From positions 1-29,924 of the IMG/VR virus record IMGVR_UViG_3300025382_000033: a DNA stretch of 29,924 nt. One strand, written 5' to 3'. Shown here one piece after another: positions 1-8,735 of this stretch. Each line of letters opens with the position of its first letter. The stretch's first letter is position 1. The position numbers and the translations under genes were made by a program. A model generated the notes under the pieces. That model did no database searches. It was given only the letters and a program-made list of their open reading frames with translations, and had not been told where the DNA came from. This stretch comes from a virus (lineage: Duplodnaviria; Caudoviricetes).

Positions 1-1
1 T

Positions 2-370
2 GCTGCTGGAACTTACATCGGTGGGGCAGGGGGTGCAGGAACTGCCTCATCCATTACTGGATCATCTGTAACGTATGCAGGCGGTGGCGGTGGCGGCGCA
101 TTTACAACAGGCGGTGCTGGCGGCGCAGGCGGTGGTGGTGCTGGTTCTGGAACAGGCACTGGAACCGCTGGCACAGCTAACACAGGAGGAGGCGGTGGTG
201 GTGGTGCGGACGTAGCCTCTAACCCCGGTGGCGCAGGTGGTTCAGGTGTTGTAATTCTTTCTATCCCTACTTTGCGCTATACAGGCACTTACACAGGATC
301 ACCAGTTATTACAACATCAGGTGCAAATACCATTTTGCAATTTAACGCTTCAGGTTCTTACACGGCGTAA
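2..370 (+). CDS. C-terminal part of a glycine-rich tail fibre / virion protein (5'-truncated by the window edge)
   Basis: Manual translation of frame 2 is open to TAA at 368-370: ...YAGGGGGG...GTAGTANTGGGGGGG...GGAGGSGVVILSIPT...TILQFNASGSYTA. This is the Gly-rich domain typical of aquatic phage fibre proteins. Confidence 0.8.
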   Translation, partial: AAGTYIGGAGGAGTASSITGSSVTYAGGGGGGAFTTGGAGGAGGGGAGSGTGTGTAGTANTGGGGGGGADVASNPGGAGGSGVVILSIPTLRYTGTYTGSPVITTSGANTILQFNASGSYTA

Positions 371-373
371 ATC

Positions 374-526
374 ATGGCTCTTGAAATTCAAAACGTAGAC
401 TATCTTCAGTATCCATCGGGAACAACGGCACAACGTCCTGCGTCTCCTACTGCGGGTATGATGCGTTTTAATACAACCATAGTTGCTATGGAGTATTACA
501 ACGGATCAAGTTGGATAACTTTTTAA
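374..526 (+). CDS. Small tail-fibre-motif protein (50 aa)
   Basis: Not in the ORF track. MALEIQNVDYLQYPSGTTAQRPASPTAGMMRFNTTIVAMEYYNGSSWITF carries the GTTAQRP...GMMRFN...EYYNG..W module common in phage fibres. It follows the upstream stop by 3 nt. Confidence 0.75.
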   Translation: MALEIQNVDYLQYPSGTTAQRPASPTAGMMRFNTTIVAMEYYNGSSWITF

Positions 527-538
527 CAAGGACATAAC

Positions 539-676
539 ATGCATTTATCAATCGACCTTATCAACGCAATCCTCGGTTACCTCGGCACAAAGCCTTTCGC
601 TGAAGTGGCTCAACTGATTAATGCTATTCAATCTGAGGCGGCAAAGCTCTCTGAACCTGAACAACCAAAGGAGTAA
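539..676 (+). CDS. Small hypothetical phage protein (45 aa)
   Basis: MHLSIDLINAILGYLGTKPFAEVAQLINAIQSEAAKLSEPEQPKE; AAGGA RBS upstream; tiles the gap between neighbours. Confidence 0.7.
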   Translation: MHLSIDLINAILGYLGTKPFAEVAQLINAIQSEAAKLSEPEQPKE

Positions 677-679
677 GTC

Positions 680-1042
680 ATGCAATTCTTAAAAGAGATT
701 CGTGAGCATTTGGCTAATTATGAAACAGAAGTTGCGACTGAAATTCATAAGTTTATTGATTGGCTACATACAAAATATGTAGAACCCGGCGCACCTATCG
801 TCACTCTTCCCGGAGCTGTCAATGCCCAACAAGCATCTACATTCACTCCTGCAACCGATAACAATTCTCCTGTTGTTGCCGTTAATATTCCTGATGTTAC
901 CGCTAGTGTTGCTGCTGATGCTATTTCACCCGTTGTTGAAGCTTCTGTGGAACAACAAGCTGAAGCTGTTCCTGCTGATCCTGCTCCTGCTGTGGTTGAA
1001 TCCGCAAATCCCGTGGTAGAGGTTCAAAATGGCAACAAATAA
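680..1042 (+). CDS. Hypothetical protein with Ala/Pro/Val-rich acidic tail
   Basis: 120 aa ORF with AAGGAG RBS; low-complexity C-terminal two thirds. Confidence 0.7.
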   Translation: MQFLKEIREHLANYETEVATEIHKFIDWLHTKYVEPGAPIVTLPGAVNAQQASTFTPATDNNSPVVAVNIPDVTASVAADAISPVVEASVEQQAEAVPADPAPAVVESANPVVEVQNGNK

Positions 1043-1205
1043 AAATTGGATTGCTGGTGCAATAAAACACAAAGGGGCTTTACATCGTGAACTTGGCGTC
1101 CCAGAGGGCAAAAAGATTCCTGCAAAGAAATTAAACGCAGCAGCAAAGAAGCCCGATGTCGAAGGGAAACGCGCTCGCCTTGCAAAAACATTGAAAAACT
1201 TCTGA
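1029..1205 (+). CDS. Small basic (Lys-rich) phage protein (58 aa)
   Basis: Not in the ORF track. MATNKNWIAGAIKHKGALHRELGVPEGKKIPAKKLNAAAKKPDVEGKRARLAKTLKNF; GAGG RBS; resembles a recurrent small basic phage late protein family. Confidence 0.75.
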   Translation: MATNKNWIAGAIKHKGALHRELGVPEGKKIPAKKLNAAAKKPDVEGKRARLAKTLKNF

Positions 1206-1206
1206 G

Positions 1207-1467
1207 GTGAATATGGACTGGCAGCATGTCATAAATTTAGGGCTGGGAGCACTTTTAAGTGTACTCGGATGGTTTGCCCGACAGATGTGGGATGCTGTCA
1301 AAACATTGCAAGCTGATCAGTGCAGGCTTGAGCTATCTATTTCTGATAACTATGTAAAAAAATCTGATCTTGCAACACTGAAGTCAGAGATCAATACGAG
1401 GTTTGACAGAATCGAGCAGCTTATAGACAAGGTCTATGACAAGCTCGACAACAAGGCAGACAGATAA
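1207..1467 (+). CDS. Lysis-associated single-TM coiled-coil protein (holin/antiholin-like)
   Basis: N-terminal TM segment (VINLGLGALLSVLGWFA) followed by a coiled coil; stop overlaps the holin start. ATG at 1213, after GAGGTG, is the more likely start. Confidence 0.55.
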   Translation: MNMDWQHVINLGLGALLSVLGWFARQMWDAVKTLQADQCRLELSISDNYVKKSDLATLKSEINTRFDRIEQLIDKVYDKLDNKADR

Positions 1468-1874
1468 TGGCACTCGACCCAGTAAGCGCACTGTTAGACA
1501 TCGGCAATACGATAATCACTCGTATTTTTCCTGACCCCGCACAACGAGATGCAGCACAGCTCGCATTACTCAAAATGCAACAGGATGGTGACCTCGCCGC
1601 AATTACTGGGCAGATGGACATCAATAAGGTCGAAGCGGCATCCGACTCCATATTTGTGGCAGGCTGGCGTCCATTTGCTGGCTGGGTGTGCGGTTTAGGT
1701 CTGGCATATGTCAGCATCATAGAGCCCATTGCACGCCTCATAGCGACCCTTGTAGGCTATACAGGCGCATTCCCTGCCATTGATACTACTTTGACCATGC
1801 AAGTCTTGCTGGGGATGTTAGGCATGGGTGGATTGCGCTCTCTGGATAAAATCAAAGGAGTTGCAACAAAATGA
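1467..1874 (+). CDS. Holin of the 3-TM GTA-holin type
   Basis: Motifs IN..EA.S.SIFVAGWRPFAGWVCG and LLGMLGMGGLRSLDKIKG; hydrophobic segments; lies upstream of the endolysin. Confidence 0.85.
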   Translation: MALDPVSALLDIGNTIITRIFPDPAQRDAAQLALLKMQQDGDLAAITGQMDINKVEAASDSIFVAGWRPFAGWVCGLGLAYVSIIEPIARLIATLVGYTGAFPAIDTTLTMQVLLGMLGMGGLRSLDKIKGVATK

Positions 1875-2086
1875 ATGTAGGTGATCGTATAACAATGGTG
1901 TGTTGCATTACGCTTTCTGTTGTTGTTGTTGCTACAGTTGGTGTTGTTTTGGCTGGTTTGTTTGATCCGATTGTAGACAATGCTGAAATATTTAAAATGA
2001 TTACACCAGCATTTAATACGATTATTGGTGCTTTCGTTGGAACAATAGCTGGAATCAAGATTGGAAAAGACAATGCTAATAAGTAA
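1871..2086 (+). CDS. Small two-TM membrane protein in the lysis cassette
   Basis: Two hydrophobic helices; ATGA overlap with the holin. Confidence 0.7.
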   Translation: MNVGDRITMVCCITLSVVVVATVGVVLAGLFDPIVDNAEIFKMITPAFNTIIGAFVGTIAGIKIGKDNANK

Positions 2087-2693
2087 AGAGTTATTGATCG
2101 ATGGGCATGTATGCGATGCAGCTACGGCAGACAAGTGGGTTGATGCATTGAACGTCACATGCGAGAAATTTGAAATCAACACGCCTGAGCGTATTGCTGG
2201 ATTCTTGTCTCAAATTGGGCATGAGTCAGGCGGTCTTAAGCTTGTAGTTGAGAGCCTGAATTACCGCGCAGATATGTTGTTACGTTTTTGGCCCAAACGC
2301 TTTACGATTGAACTAGCGCAAGCTTACGCAATGAAGCCAGAAAAAATTGCGAACAGAGCATACTGTGATAAAAATGGAAATGGCGATGAAGCTTCGGGAG
2401 AAGGTTTTAAATACCGTGGGAGAGGTCTTATTCAACTCACGGGCAAGGATAATTACACTGCATTTGGTAATGCTTGTGGGCTTGACACTGTATCTCATCC
2501 TGAGATTGTTGAGTCCCCCGATGTTGCTGCTCTATCTGCTGGTTGGTTTTGGTCTACTCATCGGTTAAATGCGCTGGCAGATGCCAGTGATGTAGAAGGC
2601 ATGACCCGCAGGATTAATGGCGGATTAAACGGGATTGACGACCGAAAGCTGAAATATCAAAAGCTAATTGACTATTTCAATAAACAAGGATAA
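2073..2693 (+). CDS. Endolysin, glycoside hydrolase family 19
   Basis: FLSQIGHESGG, KIANRAY, G.KYRGRGLIQLTGKDNY, SAGWFW and TRRINGGLNG..DR are all GH19 phage lysin motifs. Confidence 0.95.
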   Translation: MLISKELLIDGHVCDAATADKWVDALNVTCEKFEINTPERIAGFLSQIGHESGGLKLVVESLNYRADMLLRFWPKRFTIELAQAYAMKPEKIANRAYCDKNGNGDEASGEGFKYRGRGLIQLTGKDNYTAFGNACGLDTVSHPEIVESPDVAALSAGWFWSTHRLNALADASDVEGMTRRINGGLNGIDDRKLKYQKLIDYFNKQG

Positions 2694-2704
2694 GGGGTAA
2701 AATT

Positions 2705-2743
2705 GGATGGTGTCTGTTTGTAACAAACGGAATCCGCCTTTTT
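2705..2743 (+). terminator. Possible terminator/hairpin after the lysis cassette
   Basis: CTGTTTG-TAA-CAAACGG hairpin nested in GGAT...ATCC and followed by a T6 run. Confidence 0.35.
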
Positions 2744-2756
2744 TGGAATCGCAAAC

Positions 2757-3386
2757 ATGACGACATCATTCACCCTCACCTATGACAATTTGATCACGTC
2801 GGTCGAGCAGTATCTCGAACGTAGTGATGCGTCTGTTGTCGACCAAATCCCCACATTTATTACCCTCGCTGAGTTTGAGATCGCCCAGCAGATCAAAACG
2901 CTCGGACAGATTCAAGTCGTTACAGCGACAATGAGCCCAAGCAATCCGATCCTGCAAAAGCCTGCTCGCTGGCGCAAGACGGTGTCGATGAATGTAACTG
3001 CAAGCGGCGTGAAGACCCCGCTTTTTTTGCGCAAGTACGAATATCTTGAGTTTTACAACAGCTCAGGCGCGACAGGGTTGCCATTGTATTACGGCGATTA
3101 TGACTACGATCACTGGATAGTCTCTCCCACGCCCGATCAAGCGTACACCTTTGAGGTACTTTATTATGAACGTCTTCAACCCTTGTCTTCAGAAAATCAA
3201 ACAAATTGGATCACAAATAATGCTCCAAACGCGATGCTTTTTGGAACACTTCTTCAAGCGGTGATCTACCTGAAAGATGATGCGCGGCAGATTTTCCAGC
3301 AGAAATACGACATGGCGATGCAGGCGCTCAAGGCTGAGGACGTGACTCGCGTGGGCGACCGCTCAGCCGTGGCTGTGGATAGTTAA
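2757..3386 (+). CDS. Head-tail adaptor / tail tubular protein A-like
   Basis: TY..L...V..YL.R....DQIPTFI.LAE N-terminus, P.PDQAY.FEVLYY and N.TNW....P...L.G.L motifs; about 210 aa; upstream of nozzle and ejection genes. Confidence 0.75.
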   Translation: MTTSFTLTYDNLITSVEQYLERSDASVVDQIPTFITLAEFEIAQQIKTLGQIQVVTATMSPSNPILQKPARWRKTVSMNVTASGVKTPLFLRKYEYLEFYNSSGATGLPLYYGDYDYDHWIVSPTPDQAYTFEVLYYERLQPLSSENQTNWITNNAPNAMLFGTLLQAVIYLKDDARQIFQQKYDMAMQALKAEDVTRVGDRSAVAVDS

Positions 3387-3395
3387 GAGGAAATT

Positions 3396-4619
3396 ATGAC
3401 AACTTACGTCAATCCATTTACAGGTCAGACGCTCTCGCCATCGCAGGTTGGGTATGAGTCGCTGACGTTATCGGCGAGCACGACGCTGCAGTGGCCCGTC
3501 AACGGCAACACCTCAAGCGTCGTCGCCTCCATCATCGAAGTCACTGCGACCACCACCAGCCTGAACCTGATCATGCCATCTGCGCTTCAGGTATCGACTG
3601 GTCAAAGTGTGCTGATTCGCAATATCGGCTCGAACACATTCACAGTCACCAATGCCACTGGCGGAACAATCGTATCGATTGCCTCTGGTATTGCTCAATA
3701 CATTTATTTAACGGACAACTCTACAAATGCAGGTATTTGGTCTACTGTCACGTTTGGTGCAGGTACTTCGTCGGCAAACTCCGCAACCTTGGCAGGATAT
3801 GGTCTAACGGCGATCAACACGACGCTCAACCAGACATATGCTGAGAGCGCGTTGTACTCAAACATTACTCTCAACGCCACATATCGTGCGCAATTTTTGG
3901 TTTGGTCGTCTGGTGTTGGTGTCGTTACGCTGCCATCATCTGCTGTTGTTGGCAATGGTTGGTTTGTCATGGTTCGCAATGGCGGATCGGGCATTGTCAC
4001 GCTGACTCCGAGCGGAACAGATACGATTGATGGAAACGCTACGCAGCAGCTTCAGTTGACCGAATCGCTGGTGATCGTATCCAATGGCGTCAACGGGTAC
4101 TCCACGTTCGCGTATGGGCGTTCAAACACGTTTGCCTATACCCAACTAGCCAAGACAATCGCGACAGGCACATACACGCTCTCAGCGGTCGAGTATGCCA
4201 ACGTCGTGCAGGAATATTTTGGTGCGCTGACAGGTAACGTGATTATCGTACTGCCGTCAACAGTTCAAATTTATTACCTGAACAACCAGACGACTGGTTC
4301 ATACTCGCTGACATTTAAAACATCATCTGTCGGTGCGTCGACTGTAATTGTCCCGCAAGGTCAGACGCTGACTGTTGTGTGCGATGGAACAAACGTCTAC
4401 AACTCAAGCTCAGCCGCTGGCGGATCGCTGGTAAGTAATTTGACGCTCGCATCTGGATCGGCTGCAGCGCCACCACTGAACTTCACTGGCGATACAAACA
4501 CAGGTATGTATCACCCAGCCACAGGTCAAGTTGCATTTTCACTTTCTGGTAGCAACGCCATGACATTATCGTCAACTGGTCTTGCCGTACCCGCAGGAAT
4601 CAGTGGAGGTACATTTTGA
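3396..4619 (+). CDS. Tail fibre / virion structural protein (Ser/Thr-rich, beta-structured repeats)
   Basis: Repeated x-LP...G..(V/I)..RN....T.T modules, GALTGNVIIVLP, and C-terminal P.LNFTGDTNTGMY motif. Confidence 0.7.
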   Translation: MTTYVNPFTGQTLSPSQVGYESLTLSASTTLQWPVNGNTSSVVASIIEVTATTTSLNLIMPSALQVSTGQSVLIRNIGSNTFTVTNATGGTIVSIASGIAQYIYLTDNSTNAGIWSTVTFGAGTSSANSATLAGYGLTAINTTLNQTYAESALYSNITLNATYRAQFLVWSSGVGVVTLPSSAVVGNGWFVMVRNGGSGIVTLTPSGTDTIDGNATQQLQLTESLVIVSNGVNGYSTFAYGRSNTFAYTQLAKTIATGTYTLSAVEYANVVQEYFGALTGNVIIVLPSTVQIYYLNNQTTGSYSLTFKTSSVGASTVIVPQGQTLTVVCDGTNVYNSSSAAGGSLVSNLTLASGSAAAPPLNFTGDTNTGMYHPATGQVAFSLSGSNAMTLSSTGLAVPAGISGGTF

Positions 4620-6391
4620 GCGCAAAAGTAATCTCGCTCAAGATCGCTGCTGGTATCCAGCGCGACGGTACGCTTTTCGACGCGCCATGCTTTGTTGATG
4701 GATCGTGGATGCGCTTTCAGCGTGGTCGCCCTCGTAAAATTGGTGGCTACAAAGGCATATTCCAGAACGCCACAAACATCTCGCGTGGCATGACGCTCAG
4801 CTCGCTGAATGGCTTGTCGTATGTGTATTCTGGCTACAACGCTGGGATGCAGTATTGGATTACGGATAATGATGACGGCGTGGGGAGCGGCCCATACCCA
4901 ATCACGATGACATCAGGCTTCACCACAGACGCAAACAACCTGTGGCAATTCGACATCGGTTACAACTCCAACGGTGGAGCGGATACGATTGTTGCGCACC
5001 CCGGTCTCAATTTATCCAACATCGACAACACAGTGAACACGCCTGTGCTGTACGGGACATTTCCCGGTGGTGCGATGTCTGAGGTTGGTAAATTTACGGC
5101 TGCTGTCGCGCTCACAAACGGCTCTACGGCGGGTGTAATTACTGGAGTCAACTCGCTGGTATACCCCGGTCAGCTCGTCACTGGAACAGGCATCCCTGCG
5201 AATACTAAAGTCGCCACTGCTGTTGTGACTGGCGGCAACACAAACATCACATTGACGCTTGCTTATACAGGCACTACAGGCACACAGACGCTTACATTTG
5301 ACAACCAGATCAACGTCTCTGGTGGATGCTGCATCATCTATCCATACCTTTTCGTGTATGGCAATAATGGACTGATCCAGAACTCATCTGCAGGGAACTT
5401 TCAAAATTGGGTGGCAGCAGATGCAAACGCCAACAACGTCGCCACTAGCAAGATTGTTAAGGGCATGCCTATTCGCGGCGGCACTACTTCTCCTTCAGGC
5501 TTGTTCTGGTCACTGGACAGTCTCGTTCGGGTTTCCTACGCACCAACAACAGTAGGTACAAGCACGACATATTGGAAGTACGACCTTATTAGCTGCCAGT
5601 CATCGCTGCTCTCTGCAAACTCGATTATCGAATATGACGGCATCTATTATTGGTGCGGCGTAGATCGCTTCTTGATGTACAACGGCGTTGTGCAAGAGCT
5701 CAAGAATGAGATGTGCATGAACCACTTTTTTGACAACCTGAACTATGCTCAGCGTCAAAAAGTATGGGTATCAAAAGTGCCACGCTGGGGCGAGATATGG
5801 TGGTTCTACCCAAGAGGTGATGCGACCGAATGTAATGACGCCATTATCTACAACGTGCGCGACAAAGTTTGGTATGACGTCGGTGAGGGGCTTGGAGCTC
5901 GACGCTCGGCTGGCACATTCTCTGAAGTGTTTCGCTTCCCTATCTGGGCTGGCAATGAACTTGATTCGTCGAGCAAGACAATTCTGTGGCAACATGAGAC
6001 GGGAACAAACCGTGTCAACTTGGCGCAGCAGACTGCGATCCAGAGTTATTTTGAAACGAATAACTTGGGCTGGGTTACGGGTGGCCCGAACCAGTTCACG
6101 CAAACCATTCAAGGCAACAACAACTGGATTCGCATTGAGCGCATCGAGCCTGACTTCGTTCAGAGTGGCGATATGAATTGCTACATCACTGGTAAGGGTT
6201 ACGCAAACGATCAGGATGTCACGTCAGACCCGTATGTTTTTAGCCCCAATACACTTAAAATTGACATGCGAGAGCAACGTCGAGAGATGCGCATCAGGTT
6301 TGAGTCAAATGTTGTCAACGGCAATTATGAGACTGGAAACATTCTGATCTCTGCTGAGGTTGGCGATATGCGCGGAACAGGAAACCCATAA
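4616..6391 (+). CDS. Tail nozzle / packaged DNA stabilisation protein (P22 gp10 or tail tubular protein B-like)
   Basis: 591 aa, beta-propeller-like composition, RF..GRP.KIGG N-terminus and EIWWFYP...ECN..IIYN motif; TTG start overlaps the upstream stop. Confidence 0.7.
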   Translation: MSAKVISLKIAAGIQRDGTLFDAPCFVDGSWMRFQRGRPRKIGGYKGIFQNATNISRGMTLSSLNGLSYVYSGYNAGMQYWITDNDDGVGSGPYPITMTSGFTTDANNLWQFDIGYNSNGGADTIVAHPGLNLSNIDNTVNTPVLYGTFPGGAMSEVGKFTAAVALTNGSTAGVITGVNSLVYPGQLVTGTGIPANTKVATAVVTGGNTNITLTLAYTGTTGTQTLTFDNQINVSGGCCIIYPYLFVYGNNGLIQNSSAGNFQNWVAADANANNVATSKIVKGMPIRGGTTSPSGLFWSLDSLVRVSYAPTTVGTSTTYWKYDLISCQSSLLSANSIIEYDGIYYWCGVDRFLMYNGVVQELKNEMCMNHFFDNLNYAQRQKVWVSKVPRWGEIWWFYPRGDATECNDAIIYNVRDKVWYDVGEGLGARRSAGTFSEVFRFPIWAGNELDSSSKTILWQHETGTNRVNLAQQTAIQSYFETNNLGWVTGGPNQFTQTIQGNNNWIRIERIEPDFVQSGDMNCYITGKGYANDQDVTSDPYVFSPNTLKIDMREQRREMRIRFESNVVNGNYETGNILISAEVGDMRGTGNP

Positions 6392-6621
6392 TGGTCACCT
6401 ATGATCCTCGCGAAATGGAGTGGGATCAATATTGTGCTCTCATGGCTGAGCTGTTTGCTGGTCAGCAACTCGGCACAGTGGATGAAGAGAACTGGCGCGA
6501 CTGGGTCAACGGTGTAGCAGGCATAGGTTACTTTGGAAACTCTGGCGTCCCTGATGCAAGCAGTTTTGATAATTGGCAGGACTGGGCTCAACAGCTCGTC
6601 GGCATTATGAGCATAGGTTAA
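6391..6621 (+). CDS. Small Trp-rich acidic virion-operon protein
   Basis: 76 aa; TAATG coupling to the previous gene. Confidence 0.7.
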   Translation: MVTYDPREMEWDQYCALMAELFAGQQLGTVDEENWRDWVNGVAGIGYFGNSGVPDASSFDNWQDWAQQLVGIMSIG

Positions 6622-6625
6622 TAAT

Positions 6626-8110
6626 ATGAGCGAATATTCAGGTTCAGATCAACAGCCTTACGCGCAACAGACAACGACAAAAGGCCCAACACAGAGCAAA
6701 CTTGATATGAGTCAAGTGGCTTTTAGTTCTGCACCTAATTATGAAGGTATGCCTACCGAGTATTATGACAAAAATGGGCAACTTATTGGGTACTTAGCAA
6801 ACGACAATAATGTAATGTCTACGGCTGGATTGAATTTTGTAAACCCAGATGGGACGCCAAGCTCAGGTGCAATTAACAAGCACTCCCTATATCAAGCCAC
6901 AGATGAGAATGGTAATTTATTATTTAACCCTACTGCGGACACCCAAGCAGGTGAATCTCCTGTTTATTCAACACAAGATCAAGGACGCGGAGCGGTAGCA
7001 CAACAATTAGCTGGTCTTATTAAAATGAATGCTCCGTCACCGGGCATTTTTCAAGACCCTTTATTCCGTAATTTTGGCTTGTCAGCACTTGCTATGGCAG
7101 GTGGCGCTGCATTAGCACCAGAGCTTGCAGGAGCTGGCGCAGGTGCAGAAGCCTTTCCTGTTGCGCTTGGCGATAGCATCACGATGTCACCTTTAACAGG
7201 TAGCGTTGCTGGTCTTGGCACAGGCTCTCTTACAGAAGGATTAACACCTGCCATGATTGCGGCGCAGGAAGCCGCATTGCCAGCTAATATGGCACAAATC
7301 GGTGGCTTAGCCTCTGGTGCAGGCGGAGCTGGCGCATTAACCGCAGCACAAGCGCTTCAGTACGCAAAATTGGGATTGTCTGGACTCGGTCTTGCCAATC
7401 AACTTGTAAATAGTGCAGGCGGTCAAGGCGGTGGTCAAGGTGGAAGTGGTCAGGGAAATACAACAAATAACACGACAGCGGTGAGCCAGAACGGGCCGTG
7501 GAACACGTTTCTCCACCCCACTGAAATCAAACAAGATGTCGTTTCGCAAAAGCCAATTATGCAAAACCCAGAATTAGCCAAGCTTTATCAAAGTCTCGAC
7601 CCATATCTCGCCAATCAATTGGCGCAGTCTGGTCTGATCCCATCAAACCTTGGTGGTGGTCAACAACAACCCGTCCAGCCTCAAGCGCCAACGCAAAGCT
7701 ACTTCACTTATGGATCGCCTGCACAAACTACGCAACCGACATCCATCGAAGCACCGATGCGAGCATTTGCAAATGGCGGCAGCGTGTTGGGCTCATTTAT
7801 GGATGGGGGTCAAGAACATGTTCCTGAATTTATTACTGGCGCAACTGGTCATTATGTCAAGGGACGTGGTGATGGGCAGGCTGATTTAATCCCAGCGATG
7901 CTCGCTTCGGGAGAATATGTGTGGGATTCTGATATTGTTTCTGCGCTTGGAAACGGAGATTCTGATTCAGGCGCTAAAGTTTTGGATGGTATGCGTCAGG
8001 CAATTAGAGCACATAAAAGATCTGCACCTTTAAGTGATATACCACCCAAGGCAAAGTCCCCATTACAATATATGAAAGATGCTGAAAAATATATTCAGAG
8101 GGACAAATGA
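6626..8110 (+). CDS. Internal virion / ejection protein
   Basis: Gly/Ala/Gln-rich with hydrophobic stretches; C-terminal VKGRGDGQADLIPAMLASGEYV motif of the type seen in tape-measure and internal proteins. Confidence 0.65.
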   Translation: MSEYSGSDQQPYAQQTTTKGPTQSKLDMSQVAFSSAPNYEGMPTEYYDKNGQLIGYLANDNNVMSTAGLNFVNPDGTPSSGAINKHSLYQATDENGNLLFNPTADTQAGESPVYSTQDQGRGAVAQQLAGLIKMNAPSPGIFQDPLFRNFGLSALAMAGGAALAPELAGAGAGAEAFPVALGDSITMSPLTGSVAGLGTGSLTEGLTPAMIAAQEAALPANMAQIGGLASGAGGAGALTAAQALQYAKLGLSGLGLANQLVNSAGGQGGGQGGSGQGNTTNNTTAVSQNGPWNTFLHPTEIKQDVVSQKPIMQNPELAKLYQSLDPYLANQLAQSGLIPSNLGGGQQQPVQPQAPTQSYFTYGSPAQTTQPTSIEAPMRAFANGGSVLGSFMDGGQEHVPEFITGATGHYVKGRGDGQADLIPAMLASGEYVWDSDIVSALGNGDSDSGAKVLDGMRQAIRAHKRSAPLSDIPPKAKSPLQYMKDAEKYIQRDK

Positions 8111-8733
8111 AAAAATGTGAAAAACTTGCTGCAGCAAAACTAAACGGTTTTGTTCATTACATTACAGGTAGACCTTGTAGTAAAGGTCATATCTGTGAAA
8201 GACTAGTTTCAGATCGTTCCTGTGTTAAATGCAACCGCACTAAAGCACAAAATAAACGTGATTCAATGACCGCTGATGAAAAATATGCACATGGTTTAAA
8301 GTATCGGCATATCCAAAAAAAATGGTTAAAAACTGAAGTAGGTTGTATTAGTCGTCAAAAAACTGGACAAAAATATTATCAAAACAATCAAGATAAATTG
8401 GCAGAATATCGCAAAGAATACAATTTAAAAACCAATAATTTTCATTCCAAGCGTTGGAAAAAAGAAAATCCAGAAAAACGACATGCTGATGTTGCCAAAC
8501 GTCGTGCATCAAAATTGATGCGCACGCCAGTATGGTTGGATGCTACACAAAAAGCAGAAATTGATTTTACTTACGAGTATTGCGCTGCGTTGAGGTCGAT
8601 TGGCATGGATTACCACGTTGATCATATTGTTCCATTGCAAGGAAGGACAGTATCTGGATTGCATGTGCCGTTTAACTTGCAGGTTATTCATGCGAAAGAC
8701 AATTTGCGCAAAGCAAATAATTTAAGGAAATAA
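8107..8733 (+). CDS. HNH endonuclease (probable homing endonuclease)
   Basis: N-terminal Y.TGRPC.KGH...R......C..C zinc motif; C-terminal YHVDHIVPLQG..VSGLHVP.NLQVI....N..K.N; AT-rich relative to flanks. Confidence 0.92.
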   Translation: MKKCEKLAAAKLNGFVHYITGRPCSKGHICERLVSDRSCVKCNRTKAQNKRDSMTADEKYAHGLKYRHIQKKWLKTEVGCISRQKTGQKYYQNNQDKLAEYRKEYNLKTNNFHSKRWKKENPEKRHADVAKRRASKLMRTPVWLDATQKAEIDFTYEYCAALRSIGMDYHVDHIVPLQGRTVSGLHVPFNLQVIHAKDNLRKANNLRK

Positions 8734-8735
8734 TC

